DNA from: a virus
Lineage: Duplodnaviria; Caudoviricetes
Reading direction: 5' to 3' (one strand)
DNA: 61,298 nucleotides
IMG/VR virus record: IMGVR_UViG_3300047408_000236
Location: 1 to 61,298 of that record
Part shown: positions 29,171 to 37,441 of the stretch, piece by piece
How positions within the stretch are numbered: position 1 is the first letter of the stretch
Layout: each line of letters begins with the position of its first letter
Program-made: the position numbers and the translations under genes
Notes under the pieces: generated by a model
Seen by the model: only the letters and a program-made list of their open reading frames with translations
Databases searched by the model: none
Told to the model about the DNA's origin: nothing

Positions 29171-30273
29171 TGCCCACGGTTCGCACGCTACAGCACTCAG
29201 TCACATTCAATGGCTCGACGCTCGACAACGTTCTGTCGTTCCGGTACGCGCTGGGCTTCGACGAGCCGGTCGGGAGCGCTCAGATCACATTAGGCGGCTG
29301 GACCTCGCCCGGCGTGCTCATGCAGACCTCAAGTCTCGGCACCTATTTCGACGAGGTGTCGATCCGAGTAGACAATATCGTGCGCTGGTCGGGCATCTTC
29401 CTCCAGTGGGATTTCTCGCTGTTCCCGCGGCAGGTAACCATGCAGTGCAAGGGCCGGCTCGAGTATGCCAATCGGTACAAACTCCCGATCGAAGCCGTGC
29501 GCGTCGAGGATAAGGGCTTGCTGCTCGAGGATTTTGTATCTGGCGACACTACAGACGAGAACATCGTGTCGGCTGTTCTGAGTTACATCAGTCTCAGTAC
29601 GCGTGGCGGCGCCATCGATGGTACGGGTCGTATCTACGGCACGATCGCGAACCAGGAGTTCGTGTGGGCCGTCAACGAGTCTGCGCTGAGCTACATTCAG
29701 AAGATCGATGGCGTGAGCGCCGGCTACCGCACGTTCGAAAGCGCAGACGGCCAGATTTACCGGGCGTCCGTTACGTCGCGGCCATCAGGCTCGCCAGAGT
29801 TGACCTTTACGGAGGGCGTCGATATCAAGGAGGCATCCGCGAGTCGAACGGTGCAGAACGCGTGCAACGGGGTCAGGATCGGTGGCTATTCGGTTGGTGA
29901 CTATGCCGACCCGCGGGTATGGCTCCAGATCGACGGTAATGACTTCATGGACGCCAGTAACCCGCAGATCTACTCGTACGACAACTCGATGATCGAACGC
30001 CGCGCGGAAGCGAGCTCGGGCACGGGTATGAGTTGCGAGCGCATGGCTGAGTTCTGGTTAGGCGAGTTGAACCGCGAGGTAGTCACGGTGCAGATGACGA
30101 CGCCTCGCTCGGATCTGATCGGGCCAGCTCAAATTCATCTGGTTCAGGGGCCGGGCGGCCAGGCGTACCGTATTGGTGTGGGTGAGCCGTTGTGGGTTCA
30201 GCGGGTCGAGGGCACATTGGATGCGAGCGGCGCCTTCTCGCAGACCATGACGTATATCGGGGGCGGAATTTGA
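29170..30273 (+). CDS. Putative tail tip/baseplate hub protein
   Basis: Synteny and size. Confidence 0.55.
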   Translation: MPTVRTLQHSVTFNGSTLDNVLSFRYALGFDEPVGSAQITLGGWTSPGVLMQTSSLGTYFDEVSIRVDNIVRWSGIFLQWDFSLFPRQVTMQCKGRLEYANRYKLPIEAVRVEDKGLLLEDFVSGDTTDENIVSAVLSYISLSTRGGAIDGTGRIYGTIANQEFVWAVNESALSYIQKIDGVSAGYRTFESADGQIYRASVTSRPSGSPELTFTEGVDIKEASASRTVQNACNGVRIGGYSVGDYADPRVWLQIDGNDFMDASNPQIYSYDNSMIERRAEASSGTGMSCERMAEFWLGELNREVVTVQMTTPRSDLIGPAQIHLVQGPGGQAYRIGVGEPLWVQRVEGTLDASGAFSQTMTYIGGGI

Positions 30274-30884
30274 CGTTCGAAGCGCCGGCCAACGATACGC
30301 CGTTCAACAATCCGAGCGCGCAGCCGGCCCTGGTCGAGATGTGGCGTTCGGCCATCAAGAAAGCGCACCAGGAGATCCCGCCCGCACCGGTTCTACCGTC
30401 GGTGATCCTGGCGAACTTCGATGGGGTAGGACTGCCTTTGACCGTTGGCATGGCTGCGTTTGCCGAGGTGACGTTCCCGTGCAAGCTATTGAGTTGTCAT
30501 ATCTACGCAGGCGTGGCGAACGTTACAACGGGTATCCAGCCGGTCAACTGCTCGGCGAGTGTGGAGCTGCGCATTGCGGCTCAGGGCCAGTGGTCGTCTG
30601 GAAGTAGGACGGTCTATTCAGGAACGCGGCCAACCCTCACTGGCGCAGCCGAAGCGGACGTTAACATCACTGGCTGGGTTACATCGTTTCAACCGGGCGA
30701 TGTGCTGACGTACGTGCTCTCATCGTTCACTGGTGCGGCCACGGTGCTGACCATCAGTTTGCCAGTACGACGGCTTGACGTGGTGGGCGTGGGATCACAG
30801 GCACTCAGGGATGGGGCGGGGTCAGTGATTCTCGGTACTGAGTTCACCACGTCCGGTGGTGACCCGTTCGTGCTCAGGAGTTAG
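30270..30884 (+). CDS. Putative minor tail protein
   Basis: TTGA coupling; beta-rich; GDVL motif. Confidence 0.5.
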   Translation: MTFEAPANDTPFNNPSAQPALVEMWRSAIKKAHQEIPPAPVLPSVILANFDGVGLPLTVGMAAFAEVTFPCKLLSCHIYAGVANVTTGIQPVNCSASVELRIAAQGQWSSGSRTVYSGTRPTLTGAAEADVNITGWVTSFQPGDVLTYVLSSFTGAATVLTISLPVRRLDVVGVGSQALRDGAGSVILGTEFTTSGGDPFVLRS

Positions 30885-30893
30885 TCACAGCCG

Positions 30894-31862
30894 ATGCCGT
30901 TACATGCGAATGCCGCAGGGCTCGACCTCCACGAATCCAAGCGCATGAAAGAGCCTGTCCGCGCTGCATCCACGGCAACAGTAACGTTGGCATCTCCTGG
31001 CGCGACAATCGATGGCGTCACGCTTGTAGCAGGCGATCGTGTTTTGCTCAAGAACCAGGCGTCGACATTCGAGAACGGCATCCATACATGGTCTGGCGCC
31101 GCTGTGGCGCTTGTACGTACGGCGGATGCTGATTCAGCCGCGGACTTTACTTACGGCTTCTTCGTGTTCGTGCGCGAGGGTACGGCGAACGCTGCGACGT
31201 ATTGGGTTATGACGCAGACCGCGGCCATTACCCTCGAGACGACGTCGATCACGTTCGTCAAGGTTGATTCTGGCACGTTCGCCGGCGAGGTCACGGGAAC
31301 CGACTTCAAGCCGACTGGGCTTACTGGTGCGACATCGGTTAGTCGATATGTCGGTGCTACAGCAAGCCTCGCACCCACCACTGGAACGTTCGCTGCAGGT
31401 GACTGGGTTATTGACCTGGTCGGCAAAACGTGGATATGTACGGTCGGCGGTTCGCCTGGGACATGGATCCAGCTCAACGCGTCGATCTCGGGTGGCGCGA
31501 ATGGGCAGGCACTCAACTTCCTGGCGCTCACCGAATTGACGACCATCGCGGCAGCAGCCACCACTACGACAACCATTCAGATTCCAGCCGCATGTATCTT
31601 GCTAGCGGTCAGTGTTCGTGTGACCGTAGTCATTCCGACTGCGGCGACCTTCACGGTCATCGGCAACACATCGACGACGGTCTACAACACCGCGGCTGTG
31701 TCCACTGCTGCGAACACAACCGATGCTGGCACTGCTGCAGGAGCCGTATTCAACGGTACGGCACAGACGGTACGCATCACGCCGAACCTGACACCAGCTA
31801 ATAACTCTGGACGTGTGCGCGTGACGATCTTCTATATGACGAGCACGCCACCAACAAGCTGA
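30894..31862 (+). CDS. Tail fiber-like protein
   Basis: VRAAST...TIDGVTLVAGDRVLLKNQ...ENGI domain, typical of phage fiber proteins. Confidence 0.7.
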   Translation: MPLHANAAGLDLHESKRMKEPVRAASTATVTLASPGATIDGVTLVAGDRVLLKNQASTFENGIHTWSGAAVALVRTADADSAADFTYGFFVFVREGTANAATYWVMTQTAAITLETTSITFVKVDSGTFAGEVTGTDFKPTGLTGATSVSRYVGATASLAPTTGTFAAGDWVIDLVGKTWICTVGGSPGTWIQLNASISGGANGQALNFLALTELTTIAAAATTTTTIQIPAACILLAVSVRVTVVIPTAATFTVIGNTSTTVYNTAAVSTAANTTDAGTAAGAVFNGTAQTVRITPNLTPANNSGRVRVTIFYMTSTPPTS

Positions 31863-31863
31863 C

Positions 31864-33687
31864 GTGCCTACTACGGCGACGTTTGGTTATGGCTGGGGTA
31901 ATCGGCAGTCGGCGTTTGGTGTCGGGCTTTATAAAGGAGCGCTGAGCGTCGGTGACCAGTTAGACCACACGACCCCGTTAGATCTAAGCGGCGTAGGTCG
32001 ATACAACATCGCCAAGATCGCAACCAGCGGCCTGACGACGATGCTTCTGACAACGAGCGGCGGGCTAGTGGTGGCTGGCTCCAATGAGCATGGCGAGTTC
32101 GGCAATGGGACAAGCGACACCTTGAGCCACACGTCGCTTATAAGCACAGGCATCGCCAGCGTGACCGACGTGAGTGTGGGTGGGTACGCCGGCGCAGTCA
32201 ACGGCAGCGATGTACTCGCGCTGTTTAGCAATGGTCACGTGGAAGGTTGGGGCTCAAACTTCTACGGCTCGCTTGGCTTTGGAGACACCACTGAACGACA
32301 CACACACGCTACGACCTGGCTGCCAGCCAGCCGTGGCGGACTGACCATTACGCAAGTCGAGTGTGGCTCGAATCACTGCGCGCTGCTGGACTCCAACGGA
32401 GAGGTATGGACTGCCGGCTCCAACAGTAACGGCCAGTTAGGTCGCGGAACTATCGGTGTCTCCGATCTGAGCTGGGGCAAAGCTACAGGCTTGACCGGGT
32501 TGGTGGTGACGCAGATTTCGTGTGGGCACGAAACGACTTTGTTTGTGCTTTCGACTGGCGCGGTGTGGGCGTGTGGAAATGGCCTCGACAACCGGCTCGG
32601 CCGGACGATTCGTCTCTTGCCTGGGTCACATACGGCTACGCCGACGCAGATCCCCGCGGTTGCCAACGCAGTTGAGGCACGCCAGGTAGGCGCGGTGTCG
32701 TGGTATCGAACCCTTACTGGCAGGCTGTTCTGGAATGGTGCGCCGGGAACAGACGGGGCGATAGATGTGGTGGGGAGTGGATCATTCGAGAGCGACTTCG
32801 GGTTGAATTTTCCCTTCGAGACAACCGCGCCAGGCTCGGGGGTGACGTATGCCAGGCTTGCCTACACTAGCGGCTATATAGACTTGTTGGGTGGCGAAAC
32901 CGGGATGATGGCCATTGGCTCGAATGGCAGGCTCTACACCCAGGGATCAGGCTTCTATTACGGTCCCGGCGACAACACCCAAACAAACCACTCTGTATTC
33001 ACTGAGTCGGCAGGTTTGGGTGCGGGGATTACGGCAGCGACCTTTGGCGGGGCACTGTATTGGGGAGTTACTGTCAACAATGTTGACAGTACTCTGGTGG
33101 CAACCTTTGCAGGCCAGGGGAAGGCGTTTCGATGGGTGCCTGGCGATCCTGCGGTTTCGGGTACCTGGATGAATCCTGGATTTGACGATAGCACGTGGGT
33201 TGCGCCGGTGAACGCAGCCTCTGGTACGAGCCCGGCGCCACCGTCGCCGCCGTACAGCGGTGACCTACTGTGGCCTCTTGCTATTGAGACGAACCAGAAC
33301 GCGTTCATGTACTACCGGTTCCACTTGAACGTGCCGGCTGGCACGTTGATCAGGACGGCGAGTATAAACGCACCGGCAGTCGATGGAACGTTTGCGACGG
33401 AGGCGGGCTTCCTGTCCGCTCCACCATTCGGCCCCATGCCATTCGACTCGTTCGTCAACGGAAATGGAGCAGCCCTTGGTTTAGTTGCCGGGACGTTTGA
33501 GACCCTGCTTGCCGTTGGTGCAGACAACCTGATCGCGGTCCTGGTTCCTGATATCTATGCGGCTCCTGTGCCGATTGCGACTGGCCGGTGGGCGTCGTTC
33601 GTGTTCCATCTGGCTTACAAAGGAGCAGCGGTGACTGGCGTTGTTGCAACGTCTATTGGTCGCAGTTCAGCCCAGATCATTGGGTGA
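31864..33687 (+). CDS. RCC1/BLIP-II repeat beta-propeller protein (candidate receptor-binding protein)
   Basis: Repeats GSNEHGEFGNG, WGSNFYGSLGFG, AGSNSNGQLGRG, CGNGLDNRLG; QVECG..H. Confidence 0.75.
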   Translation: MPTTATFGYGWGNRQSAFGVGLYKGALSVGDQLDHTTPLDLSGVGRYNIAKIATSGLTTMLLTTSGGLVVAGSNEHGEFGNGTSDTLSHTSLISTGIASVTDVSVGGYAGAVNGSDVLALFSNGHVEGWGSNFYGSLGFGDTTERHTHATTWLPASRGGLTITQVECGSNHCALLDSNGEVWTAGSNSNGQLGRGTIGVSDLSWGKATGLTGLVVTQISCGHETTLFVLSTGAVWACGNGLDNRLGRTIRLLPGSHTATPTQIPAVANAVEARQVGAVSWYRTLTGRLFWNGAPGTDGAIDVVGSGSFESDFGLNFPFETTAPGSGVTYARLAYTSGYIDLLGGETGMMAIGSNGRLYTQGSGFYYGPGDNTQTNHSVFTESAGLGAGITAATFGGALYWGVTVNNVDSTLVATFAGQGKAFRWVPGDPAVSGTWMNPGFDDSTWVAPVNAASGTSPAPPSPPYSGDLLWPLAIETNQNAFMYYRFHLNVPAGTLIRTASINAPAVDGTFATEAGFLSAPPFGPMPFDSFVNGNGAALGLVAGTFETLLAVGADNLIAVLVPDIYAAPVPIATGRWASFVFHLAYKGAAVTGVVATSIGRSSAQIIG

Positions 33688-33721
33688 ACACTAAAAGGAA
33701 GGAGGACGGCACAGACGCGCT

Positions 33722-34072
33722 GTGACTAGCAAAATTGGAGGGCACAAGGGCTACCTGATTATTGACCACAGCAACTCGCCCGGTATCCCTGACGATCTGG
33801 CGCCGCGGATAGCCGCGGCTGGTGGCGTGCCAGTACCCGGTAATACGGTGGCTGAGATCGACACGTGGACGTGCTCGCATTGCAATGCGATTGTTCTCAA
33901 GAACCCAGATCGAACTCGGCCGCGGGAGGTCTGCCGCAAGTGCATGCACGTGGTATGCGACCGGTGCTCGCTCTGGTGTGAGCCGTTCGCACAACTGGCT
34001 GATGCCATTCAAGAGGGCAAGTTCCACGCCTTGCCGAGCAGCCCGCTCCTGGTCCCTGGTAAACCGCTATGA
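33722..34072 (+). CDS. Zinc-finger protein
   Basis: CSHC, CRKC, CDRC; RBS AGGAAGGAGG. Confidence 0.6.
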   Translation: MTSKIGGHKGYLIIDHSNSPGIPDDLAPRIAAAGGVPVPGNTVAEIDTWTCSHCNAIVLKNPDRTRPREVCRKCMHVVCDRCSLWCEPFAQLADAIQEGKFHALPSSPLLVPGKPL

Positions 34073-34335
34073 CCGGCCTGACAGTAGAACAGCGAACACT
34101 GCTCGAGCAGCGCTACTGCGAGGCTGGCCATCAATCCGATGGCATAAACTACCCCACGCCAGAGGGCGTCTGTCCACTATGCGCCTGGCCTGAGCTACAA
34201 GAACAGATCGATCGTTACTATCGGTTGGTCGGGGAGCAAACGACCCAACCACGCGAGCCGCTCCACCCATCAGTTGCGCAGCTCGAACAGTCCATGTCGC
34301 CGTCGCTTACGGCACTTTCTCACACCGAAAGGTAG
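34069..34335 (+). CDS. Hypothetical protein
   Basis: ATGA overlap; CxxxH and CxxC. Confidence 0.5.
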   Translation: MTGLTVEQRTLLEQRYCEAGHQSDGINYPTPEGVCPLCAWPELQEQIDRYYRLVGEQTTQPREPLHPSVAQLEQSMSPSLTALSHTER

Positions 34336-34345
34336 GACTCGTCGA

Positions 34346-34849
34346 GTGGCCAAGTTCAGTTATTCCTTCACCACGTTTACCCCCACCGCAACGGCTGATG
34401 CCGCGACTGCGCTCGCTAACGGTTCGTACATGGGCGTCCAGGGTGGTAACGCGACCCAACGTCTCACCTTCATCGAGGTCTACTTGGGTGGTCAGGCCGG
34501 CGCCAGCTCGCCGACGTTCATGCTGCTGTCGCGCGATTCGACGGTGGGCGTCACGCTGTCCTCCACGTCGGGCGCGATGCAGGCTGCGCTTGACGGTACG
34601 CATTCGGTGCTGTCGGTCGTGCCGATTGGGTTTACCATCGCTGGTACCAACCCCCAGCGCTCCACCACGTTGCACTTGCTCAATCTGAGCTACAACGCGT
34701 TCGGCGGTATCGTGCGTTGGGTTGCTGCTCCGGGCGAGGAGCCGTCGACCATCGGTAATACCGCGTCGTTGGGCGAGGTGTCGCTCAGCGCGTTCACCGG
34801 CGGTACCGCGGGCCTGACGGGCGCCCACATCATCTACGAGCCCGCGTAG
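34346..34849 (+). CDS. Putative virion structural protein
   Basis: Ser/Thr/Gly-rich; GTG start with RBS. Confidence 0.55.
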   Translation: MAKFSYSFTTFTPTATADAATALANGSYMGVQGGNATQRLTFIEVYLGGQAGASSPTFMLLSRDSTVGVTLSSTSGAMQAALDGTHSVLSVVPIGFTIAGTNPQRSTTLHLLNLSYNAFGGIVRWVAAPGEEPSTIGNTASLGEVSLSAFTGGTAGLTGAHIIYEPA

Positions 34850-34866
34850 GTCGGTCTGATTCTCAT

Positions 34867-35586
34867 ATGTCCGATTCGCTCGGTACCACGCTGATCCTGT
34901 GTGCCTACCGGTCGGTGAGCCTACCTACGCACGGCTGCATCATGGAGCTGTTCAAGACACCGAGTCACAACCGGTGGCGCGAGCAGCGCGGAGGTGAAGC
35001 GGGCATTGCTCGTGCCCGCTCCATCCAGGCATCCAAATGGTTCCGCGAGACAACCGAAGACGTCTTCCTGATGCTTGACGACGATATCGTCTTCGATCCG
35101 GAGGACGCCAACAGTATTGTCGATCGCTGCCGTGCTGGGTACGATGTGATCGCAGCAGCGTACCCGACCGGCGACGCTAGCCACCTCGCTATCCGCACGC
35201 TGGGCGAGTCGCTGCTGCGCTTCGGCCCAGATATGGAGCCGCTCGAGATGCGGCACGTCGCCACGGGCTTTTTCGCTGTCCACCGGCGCGTGATCGCGGC
35301 CATGGTCGACGTGTTGCCAGAGTGCAATACAAACGCGTCCTGGCGCTTCTGGCCATTGTTCGGGTTCGCGACCGAGGCTGACGCTGAGGCGGGTGGCACG
35401 AACAACCTCAGTGAGGACTACTACTTCTGCAATCGTGCAAGAGCGCTCGGGTTCAAGGTCTATCTGGATATGTCCATTGCAGTCGGCCATGACGTGTTGT
35501 CGCGGCTGAACGTGGTCAACATGGAAGCGGTGTACCAGGCGTTGCGCTACGGCAGCCAGGCAACCAACGGGGCACTAGTCAGGTGA
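34867..35586 (+). CDS. Glycosyltransferase family 2-like
   Basis: IARAR, FLMLDDDI, ATGF..V.R, SEDYYFC.RAR..G.KVYLD. Confidence 0.82.
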   Translation: MSDSLGTTLILCAYRSVSLPTHGCIMELFKTPSHNRWREQRGGEAGIARARSIQASKWFRETTEDVFLMLDDDIVFDPEDANSIVDRCRAGYDVIAAAYPTGDASHLAIRTLGESLLRFGPDMEPLEMRHVATGFFAVHRRVIAAMVDVLPECNTNASWRFWPLFGFATEADAEAGGTNNLSEDYYFCNRARALGFKVYLDMSIAVGHDVLSRLNVVNMEAVYQALRYGSQATNGALVR

Positions 35587-35777
35587 GTAAGCCGGCGGCT
35601 ACGTACGAAAAGCCAGTGGCGTGGAATATGGTGCGCTGTACGTGTTTGCTCTGCGGTAAGACGTTCTATCGTCAGCACCGGCCGCGGTTTGGTCAGGCGT
35701 TCTGCTCGGAGGCCCACTACTGGCGTGAGCGGCGGACCATCCAGCGGCTAGCTCTACCGATGGCTAAGGAAGTCTGA
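35583..35777 (+). CDS. Small zinc-binding protein
   Basis: C..CGKTF...FCS..H. Confidence 0.5.
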   Translation: MSKPAATYEKPVAWNMVRCTCLLCGKTFYRQHRPRFGQAFCSEAHYWRERRTIQRLALPMAKEV

Positions 35778-36433
35778 TGCCGACGTTCACGGTGTCGGCT
35801 TCGGCCGACGATGCCCATATGCCGAGTATCGCTAACGATAGCGGGCGTGCCCCCACGGGATCTGGCGCCGGAAATATTACCAGCACGTTACTGAGTCCAG
35901 GTTCACATGGTAGTAATGATGAATGGAGCGTGGGTGCCCGGTTTACCGGCGTATCGGTCGCGAATGGCGCGACGATCTCATCAGCCTCGTTCTCGATGAA
36001 GGCACAAGCGACGTATTCATCGCCTGGCACCATTAGCTATCTGGTTTCCGGACACGCCTCCGATAACTCGACCGCATTTACAGTCTCGGGTGGTTTGTTG
36101 AACACGACCAACCGGCCACGGACGACGGCTGTCTCGGCTGCGTGGGATAAGACAGTCACCGTCTCAGGTACGCGCTACTCGATTGACGTGACTTCAGTCG
36201 TGCAGGAACTCGTAAATCGTGCTGGGTGGGCGAGTGGCAATGCGATGTCGATGCTCGTGGATACCAACACGACGACAACGCTCGGTGAGTGGACTGACTT
36301 CTACGCATGGGACGACACCACTGATCGCACCAACAATCCGCCGCAACTGGTGATAACCACTGGCGGCGGCGGTGCCCCATTTGACAGCATGGACCCCGGA
36401 ATGCAATCCGCTCTTGTCTCGATGATGCGCTGA
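35777..36433 (+). CDS. Putative virion-associated beta-sandwich protein
   Basis: ADDA, RF..V....GATI.SA, DVT.VVQE.V...GW..GN, PQL.IT. Confidence 0.55.
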   Translation: MPTFTVSASADDAHMPSIANDSGRAPTGSGAGNITSTLLSPGSHGSNDEWSVGARFTGVSVANGATISSASFSMKAQATYSSPGTISYLVSGHASDNSTAFTVSGGLLNTTNRPRTTAVSAAWDKTVTVSGTRYSIDVTSVVQELVNRAGWASGNAMSMLVDTNTTTTLGEWTDFYAWDDTTDRTNNPPQLVITTGGGGAPFDSMDPGMQSALVSMMR

Positions 36434-36738
36434 TGGCGATTCAATCGCGGGTTCAATGGGACAACGGCAGACCAGACCGACCGGCCACGGTGACCATCTT
36501 CTGGGATGACGTATCGCTTCTGCTTACGTCAGTGGTGGTCAACAACACGAACGGCATTTACCCGCTGATGTGCGCGGCCGTGGTCGATGCTCAGCCGAAC
36601 AGGAACTTCAACGTGACAGTGCAACCAGGCTCTACGTTCCAACAGAATGTCCCTACGAATCAAGCCAACCGCTTCGAGTTGTTCATGGACCCGATTCATG
36701 GGGTTACTGGCATTAGCTGGAATATCGGCGGCGGTTAG
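36433..36738 (+). CDS. Hypothetical protein
   Basis: TGATG coupling. Confidence 0.5.
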   Translation: MAIQSRVQWDNGRPDRPATVTIFWDDVSLLLTSVVVNNTNGIYPLMCAAVVDAQPNRNFNVTVQPGSTFQQNVPTNQANRFELFMDPIHGVTGISWNIGGG

Positions 36739-36741
36739 CCA

Positions 36742-37428
36742 GTGGCCTCCCCCGTCTTTCGGTCCAAGTCGAACGGTGGAGGATCGCCTGCCGCCGACGT
36801 GACGGTCAATGCACCCTCCGGTACGGCATCTGGCGACATTCTCATTGCTCTCTTGACCAAGGATGACACCAACGCAGTGACGTGGCCGGCGGGTGGCACT
36901 CCGTGGACAATGCTTGAGGAAAACACCGCTAACGGGTTCTACATGGGGGTAGGTTGGCGGCGCGCAACCTTTTCCGATGTTGCGAGCTACACATGGACGT
37001 TCACGAGCACCTGGCGAGATTGTGTGGTCCTTGCCTACACCGGTGGTATCGGCACCGGCAATCCGCTGGACCCTGACAACCCAGCGTCGTTCAACTCAGG
37101 CACGGTGGCAACAGGCACCCAAACGTGGGTAGTCAACGATCTAATTACCTTCAGTGTTGACACCACGGTGATGGCGCTTGCTGGCTACATTGGAACCTCT
37201 AGCTGGGGAGCAACGCCCGGTGGCGGCTGGGTGGCTCGTCAGAATTCTGCCGGCAACGAGAACTACGCCATCGAACTCGCGGTTGCGGCGACAGGAACGA
37301 CTACTGGTCCGACCATCAACCTGGCCGGCTCGGGGGGCGCGGTAAAGAGCTTCATCTTGGCGATTCAATCGGTAGCGGTTGCCGCTGCTGTTGATGCCTT
37401 TTTCCCTGCCGCACGCGGTAGCGGGTAA
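36742..37428 (+). CDS. Putative virion-associated protein
   Basis: PSGTASGDILI, P.GW, YTWT motifs; Thr/Gly-rich. Confidence 0.55.
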   Translation: MASPVFRSKSNGGGSPAADVTVNAPSGTASGDILIALLTKDDTNAVTWPAGGTPWTMLEENTANGFYMGVGWRRATFSDVASYTWTFTSTWRDCVVLAYTGGIGTGNPLDPDNPASFNSGTVATGTQTWVVNDLITFSVDTTVMALAGYIGTSSWGATPGGGWVARQNSAGNENYAIELAVAATGTTTGPTINLAGSGGAVKSFILAIQSVAVAAAVDAFFPAARGSG

Positions 37429-37441
37429 CCAGGCGTAGGCA

